From NCBI GenBank assembly GCA_043754535.1, contig JAYUUN010000005.1:1-63378 (forward strand): a DNA stretch of 63,378 bases. The letters run 5' to 3'. The position numbers were made by a program, and so were the translations under genes. The notes beneath the pieces were generated by a model, which worked only from the letters and a program-made list of their open reading frames with translations, did not search any database and was not told where the DNA came from. This DNA comes from Chloroflexota bacterium. GTDB taxonomy: Bacteria; Chloroflexota; Chloroflexia; QHBQ01. Below, piece after piece: positions 17,188 to 26,356 of the stretch; position 1 is the first letter of the stretch; every line of letters starts with the position of its first letter.

Positions 17188-18681
17188 ATGCTACGCGACC
17201 TTCGCAGCGCGCCATTCTGCTGGCAGGAGAAGACTGTCATGCGGAAGCTGCGCGCCCACTACACGGGTGCTATCTTCAGCCACCGGGCGACCGCGATTGC
17301 GATCTACCAGGCACTGACCGAGGTGGCCTCTAACCAGAACAGCCAGAACGAGGCCCGCGCCTTTGTGCGCCAACTGGCAGAACTGGCGGGCTGCTCCGAC
17401 CGCACCGCCCAACGCTACATCCGCGAGTTCGAGGAGATCGGCCTGGTCGTTACCCACCGCAATCGGCTGGACGAGCGCACCAATCTAGCGAACACCTACT
17501 CGCTCGTCTCCTCCACCGCCGAGGGCGTAGCACTGGTGGCCTCAGTGTCACCACCCACCGACAGCAGCGGCCCACCTGCCCTGGCGCGGGCGACCACGCG
17601 AGCCAAGCGCAAGCCAGCCGCCCCCCCTCATCTTGAGCCTACGGCCCTGGTGTCGCCCACGCCACCAGCCCCCACCGCTGCCACCAACATGGTGTCGCCC
17701 ACGCCACCAGCCCCCACCGCTGTCACCAATATGGTGCCGCCCATGTCACCAGCGGCGATCTCCACGCCACCAGTTGGCGATCCCCACGCCGCCAATGATG
17801 GTGATCGGGGTGTCGCCCTTATAGAACCAGAGTCAGAACCAATTTATCTAGAACAACAACCAGCGGCGAAAGTGGCTGTTGTTGGCAGTGGGGTGGATAA
17901 GCGGCTGAAGGGGAGCAGTGGGCAGCAGCCGTTGGCCGCCGAGGAGGACTGGCGGCGCACTGTTGCCCGGCGCAAGCTAACCATGCGGGTGATAGAGGGC
18001 GGCAACCCGCCAGCCGAGCAAGTCGGCCCACCGTCCAGCCCGCCGCCGCTAGCCGAGGATGAGCAGCCGCAGCCGCCCCTGCCCACCCCGCCAGAGAAGG
18101 TGGACGAGGCGCAGCAGGAGTTGATCCAGAACCTCAAGCTGGCGATGATTGGCCTGGGGGTGGACGAGCGCACGGCCCAGCTACTGGCCGCCGAGCGCGA
18201 CCCACAGTTGGTGGCGGGCTGGCTGCACTATGTTCAGACTGAGCCGGGTATCAGCCGCCCAGCCGCCCTGTTGGTCAGCCGTCTGCGGGCGAACGAGGCA
18301 GTGCCAGCCAGGGCTACTAATCGCCCACAGCCCCCGCCGCCCATCGCGCCGCCCACGGAGGACAAGCTGGCTCGCGACCAGCAGCGGCAGCAGGAGGCAG
18401 CCCTTGCCCTACTCGTCAGCTACGAGGTGGATGAAGCGACGCTGCGGCTCTGGCTGGCAGTGCAAGAGCGGCTGGCCGTGGAGGAGCCAGAGGCTTACCG
18501 CCGCTGCTTCCGCGATGCCTTCCTTGCTCGCCCCGCCGCTGGGGTCGCCCTGATCGTCCTGCCCCCCCGCGTGCCACTAGCCGAGGCCGAGCGGCACGTT
18601 CTCACCCTGCGCCAACTGCTACTCCCCTTGATTGGGGGCCGCGACCTGGTGATCGAGTTTGAACACCCCCACCGCCTGTGA
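17188..18681 (+). CDS. Putative replication initiator (N-terminal winged HTH, repeat-rich linker)
   Basis: AIYQAL...VRQLAELAGCSDRTAQRYIREFEEIGLV...NTYSL resembles phage/plasmid initiator wHTH; ATG 17188 behind AAAGGA; third gene after parAB. Confidence 0.7.
   Translation: MLRDLRSAPFCWQEKTVMRKLRAHYTGAIFSHRATAIAIYQALTEVASNQNSQNEARAFVRQLAELAGCSDRTAQRYIREFEEIGLVVTHRNRLDERTNLANTYSLVSSTAEGVALVASVSPPTDSSGPPALARATTRAKRKPAAPPHLEPTALVSPTPPAPTAATNMVSPTPPAPTAVTNMVPPMSPAAISTPPVGDPHAANDGDRGVALIEPESEPIYLEQQPAAKVAVVGSGVDKRLKGSSGQQPLAAEEDWRRTVARRKLTMRVIEGGNPPAEQVGPPSSPPPLAEDEQPQPPLPTPPEKVDEAQQELIQNLKLAMIGLGVDERTAQLLAAERDPQLVAGWLHYVQTEPGISRPAALLVSRLRANEAVPARATNRPQPPPPIAPPTEDKLARDQQRQQEAALALLVSYEVDEATLRLWLAVQERLAVEEPEAYRRCFRDAFLARPAAGVALIVLPPRVPLAEAERHVLTLRQLLLPLIGGRDLVIEFEHPHRL
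17648..17860 (+). repeat. Intragenic iteron-like repeats plus AT-rich patch (candidate oriV)
   Basis: 42-bp unit TGGTGTCGCCCACGCCACCAGCCCCCACCGCTG(C/T)CACCAA(C/T)A about 2.5 times, GGCGATC repeats, then AT-rich 17819-17860. Confidence 0.55.
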
Positions 18682-18977
18682 GCAGGGCGGGCGGCTGGCT
18701 ACGTCCCACCTTGCAGCGCGGTCGGGGGCAGTAGTCAGCCGCCCCGCGCAAACCACAGTGGTCAGCTACACAAGTAGCGGTCTTGCCCTTGAACAGCATA
18801 GTACGGTGGTACACTTATTGCCTTTAGCCATCTACTACACCACTGTCTTCGGTTATCTCTATGGACAGCTTGCCGCCCGCTATTGCGACAGCCTGCCACT
18901 ATGTGCTAAGATGTAATGGAGCCAATCCGTAGTCGTTAAAGCGCGAGTAGCTTTGGAGAACAGGAAGCAGTGTCAAT

Positions 18978-20270
18978 ATGGAAGAAGGAGATAACGGTAT
19001 TAGCCATTTCTACACTGAGCCGTCAATCTATCGGGCTGCTGCTCACCTCCAGCGGGCCGAGGCCGCCATGCGGAGTACGGACTACGTTGTGGCAGCCCAC
19101 CAGTTGGCCCAGGCCACTAACATTGCGGACTTGAGCGCAGGTGTAGGAGCAGAGTTGCGCCCCCTGGCCGCCCGCCTTGCCTGGCTGCGCGGGATGCTAG
19201 CCTACAATCGCGGGCAACTGAGCGAAGCGCAACGCTCGCTATTGCTGGCTGAGAGCAACGCACTGGCGGCGGGCTTGAGCGACGACCTGCTGACCAACAT
19301 CCTCAAAGCCCTGGGCAACACCGCCTACCTCAAGGGCGAGATGGATGCTGCCCTCGACTACTACCAGCGGGCCAACGAGCTTGCCACCCGGCTTGGTGCG
19401 CACGACCTGGCCGCCCTGCTCCTGGTCAACAGCGGTGGTGTCTACCTGAGCCGAGGCGACATAGCACAGGCGATGGATTGCTACGAACGTGGCTTGACCC
19501 GTGCCGAACTAAGCGGCGACGCAGCCACCCGCTGCCAGTGCTACGGCGTGCTGGCCCTGATTTGCTCAAGCTACATCTCCTTCCCCCGCGCCCTCCGCTA
19601 CGCCGCCTTCGCCAGCGAACTGGTCAGCGACTTGCGGAGCAGCCGCCTGCGCTACCTCGTTCTTACCGACCTGGGCATCGTCTACCTGCGCGCTAATCGC
19701 TTGAGTTGGGCCGCAAGCTGCCTGCTGACCGCCCACCATTTGGCCCAGCGTGGCGGCGACCGGGTGGCCGAAGCAGTCGCCAGCATCAGCCTGGCCGAGT
19801 TGCGCCAGCGGCAAGGGGCGGCGGCTGATGGCTACCGCTACGCCCGCTTCGCCTTCAGCGTCAGCACTGATGTGCCGAGCATCCGCAGCCGCGCCGCCCT
19901 CGCCTACGCCCGCGCCCTGGCCGCCCGTTCAACCGCCGCTGCCGAGCGCGAGCAACTGATCGAGCGAATGAAGGTGCAGCTAGCCAGCGAGAAGGGTGAG
20001 GAGGCTGCCTTCTTGCAGCGCGGGCTGGCGACCTTGCACGCCGCCGCTGGCGAGAGGGAGGCGGCGGCAGCAGCATACCAGGCCGCGATCATCGTCGCTG
20101 CCCCCACCCCCTACCAGCAGGCCGTCACCCTGGAGGAGTATGCCACCTTGCTGCAAGAACTGGGGGAGCGTCAGACTGCCATCCGCGCCCTTGAGCAGGC
20201 CGCCAGTCTCTACCGCCGCCTGAGCTTGCAGGCGAGCCTCGACAACATCGAAATCATGCTCACCGCCTAG
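18978..20270 (+). CDS. Tetratricopeptide-repeat protein, paralog 1
   Basis: LG..AY..GE.D.AL.YYQRA TPR pattern throughout. Confidence 0.85.
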   Translation: MEEGDNGISHFYTEPSIYRAAAHLQRAEAAMRSTDYVVAAHQLAQATNIADLSAGVGAELRPLAARLAWLRGMLAYNRGQLSEAQRSLLLAESNALAAGLSDDLLTNILKALGNTAYLKGEMDAALDYYQRANELATRLGAHDLAALLLVNSGGVYLSRGDIAQAMDCYERGLTRAELSGDAATRCQCYGVLALICSSYISFPRALRYAAFASELVSDLRSSRLRYLVLTDLGIVYLRANRLSWAASCLLTAHHLAQRGGDRVAEAVASISLAELRQRQGAAADGYRYARFAFSVSTDVPSIRSRAALAYARALAARSTAAAEREQLIERMKVQLASEKGEEAAFLQRGLATLHAAAGEREAAAAAYQAAIIVAAPTPYQQAVTLEEYATLLQELGERQTAIRALEQAASLYRRLSLQASLDNIEIMLTA

Positions 20271-20392
20271 CCAAAAAGTACCCCCGTGTACTAGCTATAT
20301 AGTACCATCCTATCCTACACAGCCTCCCATAAGCCGCTACGCCTTGTGCTGTCGTGCTTCATCTGCTACAATAAGTGTTGAGGGGGTAAGCG

Positions 20393-21751
20393 GTGCAAGT
20401 AATGGAGCAAGAGGGACTACTAGCCTGTCTAGATTGTCAGCGCAGCAATTCAGCGCAGGCAGCTAAGTGCCAGCAGTGTGGAGCGGCCATGCGCCCTGCC
20501 CACGCCAGCCACCACCTCGACCAGGCGGAGGCTGCTATCCTTGCTGCCGACTACGAGCGGGCCGTGGAGCAACTCAACCAGGCCGACCTGGAGATGCTGG
20601 CCCTGCGCCAAAGCGAGCGTGACCGCTACTTGCTTAGTGCCAGGGGCTTCTGGCTACAAGGTCTGATGTACTATAGCCGTAGCATGATGACTGAAGCGCG
20701 CCACGAACTAACCCTCGCTCGCACCAGCCTCGTTGCCCAGCCCAGCGGCCAACACCTGCTCTGCAACGTGCTGCTCCGCCTCGGCAACATCGGCTACTAC
20801 CAGGAGAGCTTTGATGAGGCTAACAGCTACTATCGCCAGAGCGCATTGCTAGCCGCCCGCCTCGACAACCACCCCCTCGCCGCCAAAGCTCTCAGCAATA
20901 TCGGCGTGATCGTCACCATCCAGGGCCAACCCGACACTGCCCTTGACTATCACCTGCGCGCCCTCACTCACGCCGAACAGGGCGGCGACCCCGACGCTCT
21001 CAGCCAGTGCTACCGCGTCCTCGCCAACCTCTACAGCCGCCAGGGGCCGTATAGCAGGGCTACAGAGTTCGCCGCCAAAAGCATAGCCCTGCACTCCCAG
21101 ATTGAGAGCCGCGACACCCTCGCTACCCTCTACACCGAAGCCGGGCGCATCTACCGCACCGTCGGCGACTACCGCTCGGCCCGCCAATACCTCCACCAGG
21201 CTCAGGAGCTTACCCGCCACAATCCTAACCTGATCAACCTGACTATCGTAGAGGTCGAACTGGCAATCCTCGCCAGCCAGCAGGGTGACCCCGAAGGCTG
21301 GCTAGCTTTCGCCCACCATGCCTTCAATGAGGCGCACGAGTCGCCGCTGGTCAAAGCCGCCGCCTGCGAACAACTTGCCCTGTTCTATGCAGCCCGGAGC
21401 GACTGGCCGCATAGCCGCCACTACTTCCAGCAGTGGCGCGAAGAACTGGAGCGCGGCGGTGGCGACCAGAGCAATGGCGGCCTCGCCCGCATGGAAGCCA
21501 CCCTCTGCGCTGCCGTCGGCGACTGGCTGGCAGCAGTGGCAGCCTACCAGCGTGCCTTCAGCCAGCCCCTCAGCCGCTACCAGTTGGCCCTAACCTGGCA
21601 GAGCTATGCAATATTGCTTGCGGCCATGCCCGCCCGCGACCCAGCAGCCGAGTGCGCTGCGCTACAGGAGGCAGCCACCCTCTACCGCCAACTCGAACTG
21701 CCCCAGCAGCTTGCTGTCGTCGAAGCCGCCCGTGCTGACCGCCTGCCCTGA
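20393..21751 (+). CDS. Zinc-ribbon plus TPR protein, paralog 2
   Basis: CLDC...N....KCQQCG followed by TPRs. Confidence 0.85.
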   Translation: MQVMEQEGLLACLDCQRSNSAQAAKCQQCGAAMRPAHASHHLDQAEAAILAADYERAVEQLNQADLEMLALRQSERDRYLLSARGFWLQGLMYYSRSMMTEARHELTLARTSLVAQPSGQHLLCNVLLRLGNIGYYQESFDEANSYYRQSALLAARLDNHPLAAKALSNIGVIVTIQGQPDTALDYHLRALTHAEQGGDPDALSQCYRVLANLYSRQGPYSRATEFAAKSIALHSQIESRDTLATLYTEAGRIYRTVGDYRSARQYLHQAQELTRHNPNLINLTIVEVELAILASQQGDPEGWLAFAHHAFNEAHESPLVKAAACEQLALFYAARSDWPHSRHYFQQWREELERGGGDQSNGGLARMEATLCAAVGDWLAAVAAYQRAFSQPLSRYQLALTWQSYAILLAAMPARDPAAECAALQEAATLYRQLELPQQLAVVEAARADRLP

Positions 21752-22057
21752 GCAGTCCACCACTACTCTACCGCTTAGCCAAACTGCCACAGCAAAGCAG
21801 CAGCCTCCTCTGCTAGACTTGCCGCAGCCGCCTGTCTTCTAGAGCAGCGTAACAGAAAGCAGCATATGTAGTTTATCTATGTATACACTCCAAATACCGA
21901 CACGACTGTTCTGCAATCCTTGGCGAAAATCTGTACCTGGTCTATAATGGCAACATCATCGGCGGCCATCTGGCTTGCTCTACAGGTTCTGAACTATCAT
22001 ATGAGTAATAGGGCAGCCTGCGCGTTCTGCGTGGCTAGTCCACCTGGGCGGGCAAAG

Positions 22058-23407
22058 ATGCTTTGTACCAACTGTCAGGTCGAGAATAGCGAGCGAGCGA
22101 TTACTTGCATCCACTGTGGCAGTCTGCTGGATGCCAGCCGAGTCAGCTACCAGCTGGCTTTGGCCGGGGCCGCAAAGGAGGAGGGCGACCACGAGCGGGT
22201 AGCCGTCGCCCTCAGCCGGGCTGGGGCCGACCTCCGCCGCGTACCAGCCACCGTGCGCCGCAGCTTTGCCTCTGTCATCCACTTCTACCAGGGCTGGCTC
22301 TACTTCAACCAACGCCTGCCCGTCCAGGCCGAGGACGAACTGCTCAGTGCCGAGCTAGGTCTGGCCCCCCAGGGCAGGCCCGCCATGCTAGCCGAGACCC
22401 TCAACCTGCTGGGCCACAGCCTCATCTTCCAGAACCGCCCCCAGGCCGCCGCCACCTACTTCCAGCGCAGCGGCGAACTGGCCCAGGCCAACGGCCTCGC
22501 CCCGGCTGCCATCCTCGCCCTCAGCAACCTGGCGGGCTTGCGCCTCGACCTCGGTGCCGTAGAAGCGGCAGTTTGCATTTACCAGCTAGTCCTCTCCCAG
22601 GCCGAAGCCAGTGGCGACCTGCTCGCTGTGGCCCGTAGCCACCGCAATCTTGCCCGCCTCTATGGGCGGCATGGCCCCTACAGCCGCGCCCTTGCCCATG
22701 CCGATCAGGCCATAGCCCTGCGCTCGGTAGTCAGCAACCACGCCCAGCTAGCCCGCCTGCTCAGCGAAGCCGCCATTGTCTACCAACACGCTGGCCTGTT
22801 GAGCCAGGCTACTGGCTACCTGTATGAGGCGCGCGCCCTGCTGCAAGGCAACCACGACCACATCGCCCGCGTCGTCCTCGCTATGGCCCTCACCGAACTG
22901 CTCTGGCTCAAGGGTAGCTATGAACCCTGGTACGGCTACGCGATTATGGTGCTAGAAGACGACCTCGCTGGCTTCCTCTACAGCGGCGAACCCGCCTTCC
23001 ACCTGGCCCGCTACTACATCAGCCAGCAAGAGTGGGCGCAGGCCCGCCGCCTGCTGCACCGCCTGGCCGCCATCGCTGAGAGCCAGCGTGACAGCCTCAA
23101 CCCCAGCGACCGCAGCTACATGGACTACGCCACCGCCATCTTGCAGGCTGGGCTGGGCGAAACCGCTGTGGCCCTCGACGGCTACCGCCGCGTCCTCCGC
23201 AGTGGCCTGCTCATCCCCTACCAGCAGGCCACCGCCCTGGTGGAGTACGCCCGCCTGCTTTATAGCTACCAGCGCAGCCCCGACCTTGATTACCCCAACC
23301 CCGCCCGCTCTGCCCGCGCTGCCCTGCTCTACGCCCGCCACCTCTACTGCCAACTTGAACTGCCCCACCGCCAGGCCCAGGTAGATAGCCTGCTGGCAGT
23401 CGGCTAG
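22058..23407 (+). CDS. Zinc-ribbon plus TPR protein, paralog 3
   Basis: CTNC..EN....TCIHCG followed by TPRs; shares LY.R.GPYSRA with paralog 2; start uncertain. Confidence 0.8.
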   Translation: MLCTNCQVENSERAITCIHCGSLLDASRVSYQLALAGAAKEEGDHERVAVALSRAGADLRRVPATVRRSFASVIHFYQGWLYFNQRLPVQAEDELLSAELGLAPQGRPAMLAETLNLLGHSLIFQNRPQAAATYFQRSGELAQANGLAPAAILALSNLAGLRLDLGAVEAAVCIYQLVLSQAEASGDLLAVARSHRNLARLYGRHGPYSRALAHADQAIALRSVVSNHAQLARLLSEAAIVYQHAGLLSQATGYLYEARALLQGNHDHIARVVLAMALTELLWLKGSYEPWYGYAIMVLEDDLAGFLYSGEPAFHLARYYISQQEWAQARRLLHRLAAIAESQRDSLNPSDRSYMDYATAILQAGLGETAVALDGYRRVLRSGLLIPYQQATALVEYARLLYSYQRSPDLDYPNPARSARAALLYARHLYCQLELPHRQAQVDSLLAVG

Positions 23408-23488
23408 TTGCCCCGTCCCTTGCCTCCCGCCAGCTTTGTTGCACCCACCATCGGGAAGGCTTATAATGGAGGCTCAGGAGGCAATCTT

Positions 23489-24130
23489 GTGGCAATCCTA
23501 TACACCGAGAACGAGATAGTAATGCACGCCCCCCTGGAGCGCGTCTACCAGGCCGCCGCCGAGGTCGAACACTGGCCGCGCATCCTTAGCCACTACCGCT
23601 TCGTGCGCGACCTGCCCAGCCGTGCCAGTCAGCGCACCGTCGAGATGTCCGCCTACCGCGACTTCATCCCCACCTACTGGGCCTCTACCATGCAACTGCG
23701 GCGGCCCAGCGAGAGCGACCAACCGCGCGTCATCTTTCGCCATATCGCAGGGGTGACCAAGGGGATGTACGTGGAGTGGCAGTTCCAGCCGCAGCCAGAC
23801 GGCGTACACGTCCGCATCACCCACGAACATCCAGACTTCCGCTTCCTCTGGCTAGTGCGCGGCTGGCTGGCCCAGCAGCTAATTGGCAACCAGTTCGTCC
23901 ACAACATCGCTGCGAAAACCCTGCGCGGGATCAAAGCGTATGTTGAGGGCAAGTTATGCTCGGTGGGGCAGGTTAGGCTAGCATCTTGCTTAGCATCTTG
24001 CTACAGGGGTGTCAGGTTGCGCTTGGCTGCCACCAACCCAACCGCCCCGACCACAGGGCTGCAGCCCCCTGACTCATACTCATGCTGTGTAACACCTATC
24101 TCCTTATCAAAGCAAGGATACCCAGAATGA
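23489..24130 (+). CDS. SRPBCC/polyketide cyclase-dehydrase family protein
   Basis: I.APLERVY..AA.VE.WP.IL.HY; GTG start behind AGGAGG; stop overlaps the KS start (ATGA). Confidence 0.8.
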   Translation: MAILYTENEIVMHAPLERVYQAAAEVEHWPRILSHYRFVRDLPSRASQRTVEMSAYRDFIPTYWASTMQLRRPSESDQPRVIFRHIAGVTKGMYVEWQFQPQPDGVHVRITHEHPDFRFLWLVRGWLAQQLIGNQFVHNIAAKTLRGIKAYVEGKLCSVGQVRLASCLASCYRGVRLRLAATNPTAPTTGLQPPDSYSCCVTPISLSKQGYPE

Positions 24131-25365
24131 CTAATAGGCGCGTAGTAATCACTGGTATTGGCGCAATCACCCCTATCGGTAGCGGCAGTGACGGTTTGTG
24201 GGCCGGCGTGCAGCAGGGCAAGTCGGCGGTGCAAACAGTTGACCGCTTCGATCCCTCTCCCTTCCGCTCCCACCTGGCCGCCCAGGTCAACGACTTCAAT
24301 CCGCTAGCCTACATGGACGAGAAGCGCGAACGGCGGCTAGACCGCTTCGCCCAGTTTGCCCTGGCCGCCAGCAAACAGGCCGTCACCGCTGCTGGCCTCG
24401 ATCTGGACGAGCAGGAGCGCGAGTCGGCGGGCCTCTACATCGGCTCTGCCCTGGGCGGCATCGCCTACGCCGAGGAGCAGCACCGCCGCTACCTCGAAGA
24501 CGGCCCCAACGCGGTCAGCCCCACCCTGGCCGTCGCCGTCTTTGGCGGGGCCGCCCCCACCAACGTGGCGTTGGAGTTTGGCTGGCACGGCCCCAACATG
24601 AGCAGCGCGAACGGCTGCGCGAGCGGAGCAATCGCCATCGGCGAAGCCTTCCGCATGATCCGCCGGGGCGAGGCTCCAGTGATGCTGGCGGGCGGCGTAG
24701 AAGCCCCCCTCGGCGCGCTGGTCTACGGCGCGTTCGCCATCATCCGCGCCATGTCTAGCCGCAACGACGACCCCGCCACCGCCAGCCGCCCCTTCGACCG
24801 CGACCGCGACGGCTTCGTGATGAGCGAGGGCGCGACCATCTTGCTGCTAGAGGATGCCGAGTTTGCGGCGGCACGGGGAGCGCAGCCCATCGCCGAGATC
24901 GTCGGCTATGCGACCACCACCGACGCTTACCACATGACCGCCCCGCTGCCCAACGGCACGCAGGCCACCCGCTGTATGCAGCTAGCCCTCAAGGATGCCT
25001 GCCTGCCGCCCGAAGCGATTGGCTACGTCAACGCGCACGGCAGTTCCACCCCGCTCAACGACGGCACCGAAGCCCAGGCCATCCGCGCCGCCCTCGGCAA
25101 GGCGGCAGACAACGCGCCAGTCAGCGGCACCAAGGGGCTGACCGGCCACCTGCTGGGGGCGACCGGCGCAGTAGAGGCGGCCATCTGCGCCCGCAGCCTG
25201 CAAGCGGGCTGGCTGCCACCTTGCGCCAACCTGTTCAACCCCGACCCGCTGGTAGACCTCGACCTGATCTGTGGCGAAGGCCGCCACCGTGCCGTGCAGT
25301 ACATCCTCTCCAACTCCTTTGGCTTCGGCGGTATCAACGCCAGCCTGGTCTTGGCGAAGGTCTAG
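24127..25365 (+). CDS. fabF: Beta-ketoacyl-ACP synthase II-like ketosynthase
   Basis: RRVVITGIG, GCASG (catalytic Cys), RPFDRDRDGFV, NAHGSST, GHLLGA, NSFGFGG. Confidence 0.88.
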   Translation: MTNRRVVITGIGAITPIGSGSDGLWAGVQQGKSAVQTVDRFDPSPFRSHLAAQVNDFNPLAYMDEKRERRLDRFAQFALAASKQAVTAAGLDLDEQERESAGLYIGSALGGIAYAEEQHRRYLEDGPNAVSPTLAVAVFGGAAPTNVALEFGWHGPNMSSANGCASGAIAIGEAFRMIRRGEAPVMLAGGVEAPLGALVYGAFAIIRAMSSRNDDPATASRPFDRDRDGFVMSEGATILLLEDAEFAAARGAQPIAEIVGYATTTDAYHMTAPLPNGTQATRCMQLALKDACLPPEAIGYVNAHGSSTPLNDGTEAQAIRAALGKAADNAPVSGTKGLTGHLLGATGAVEAAICARSLQAGWLPPCANLFNPDPLVDLDLICGEGRHRAVQYILSNSFGFGGINASLVLAKV

Positions 25366-25457
25366 CCTGGCGGATCGCACAGAGGGGGTGGGTAGCTGCG
25401 GCTTGCGCCAACATCAGCTACCCGCCCCCAACAACCGTCAAGCCCTGCGCTCGCCGC

Positions 25458-26165
25458 CTACCGCTCCTTAAGCAGGTCTTCTACGTCGCGGCGCACGTTG
25501 GCATCCACCCCTTCGCCGATGTGCAGCGCGCGGATGTGGCCCTGCTTGTCGATCAGGTACTGTGCGGGCCAGTAGGAGTTGTTGTAGGCCCGCCAGTTCT
25601 TGAAGTCGTTGTCCAGCGGCACCGGATAAGTGATGCCCCACTTCGTGATTGCCGCCTTGATGTTGTCGAGGTCGCGCTCATAACTGAACTCTGGCGAGTG
25701 TGGGCCAAGCACCACCAGGCCGTCCGCCTTGTGGTCGTTGTAGAGCTTGACCAGGCCGGGTAGCGAGTGCTGGCAGTTGATGCAACCTAGCGTCCAGAAG
25801 TCCACAATCACCACCTTACCGCGCAGGCTAGCCAGCGTCACCGGCTTGCCGCCAGTGTTCAGCCAGGTAGTGCTGCTAATCTCAGGGGCTGGCCCCCGGT
25901 CGGGCAGAGCCGAGCGGTAGGGCGGGGTCGCTGTGGCCGTGGCTGGCACTGGCGTGCTGGTCGCTGCCTTCTTCGTCGCGGTCGCCGCTGGTTTGCGCGT
26001 CACAGTCGCGGGCGGGCTGGTGCGGGTCGCCACCGCCTGCACTGCCGCCAGCGAGTTGCTCGCCGCCAGTTCATCCCCCCCGCCGCAGGCCGTCAGCACC
26101 ACCGCCAGCAGCCCCAGCCCGAATAGTGACCTCATTGACAATCTCATCAAGTAAACCCTCCTCAT
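25458..26165 (-). CDS. Thioredoxin-like redoxin lipoprotein (DipZ/TlpA-like)
   Basis: Lipobox LTAC; LRGKVVIVDFWTLGCINC; HSPEF; YWPA.YLID. Confidence 0.88.
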   Translation of the reverse strand: MRRVYLMRLSMRSLFGLGLLAVVLTACGGGDELAASNSLAAVQAVATRTSPPATVTRKPAATATKKAATSTPVPATATATPPYRSALPDRGPAPEISSTTWLNTGGKPVTLASLRGKVVIVDFWTLGCINCQHSLPGLVKLYNDHKADGLVVLGPHSPEFSYERDLDNIKAAITKWGITYPVPLDNDFKNWRAYNNSYWPAQYLIDKQGHIRALHIGEGVDANVRRDVEDLLKER

Positions 26166-26292
26166 CCTCTTGTTGACGACTAGCGGCCAATCCGCTCGTC
26201 TACAAGCTATACTGGGCTATCCCCCCTGCGGATTGCCACCCCGCCGTGCGATAACCCCTTCTTCTGGCAGGCCCGCCAGCCCAGGCTGACCA

Positions 26293-26331
26293 CAAAGAGG
26301 AGAGCGCAGCCCGCAAGCCACGCCCTCCTCT
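26293..26331 (-). terminator. Intrinsic terminator
   Basis: Minus strand AGAGGAGGGCGTGGC-TTGCGG-GCTGCGCTCTCCTCT-TTG. Confidence 0.6.
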
Positions 26332-26356
26332 GCTAACCCTCTGCTTGGCCGCTGCC

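Noticed and set aside
18900..18977. Relic zinc-ribbon N-terminus for TPR paralog 1 (in-frame LRCNGANP)
   Set aside because: Only one Cys, two in-frame stops, and overlap with a likely -10 element; could be chance.
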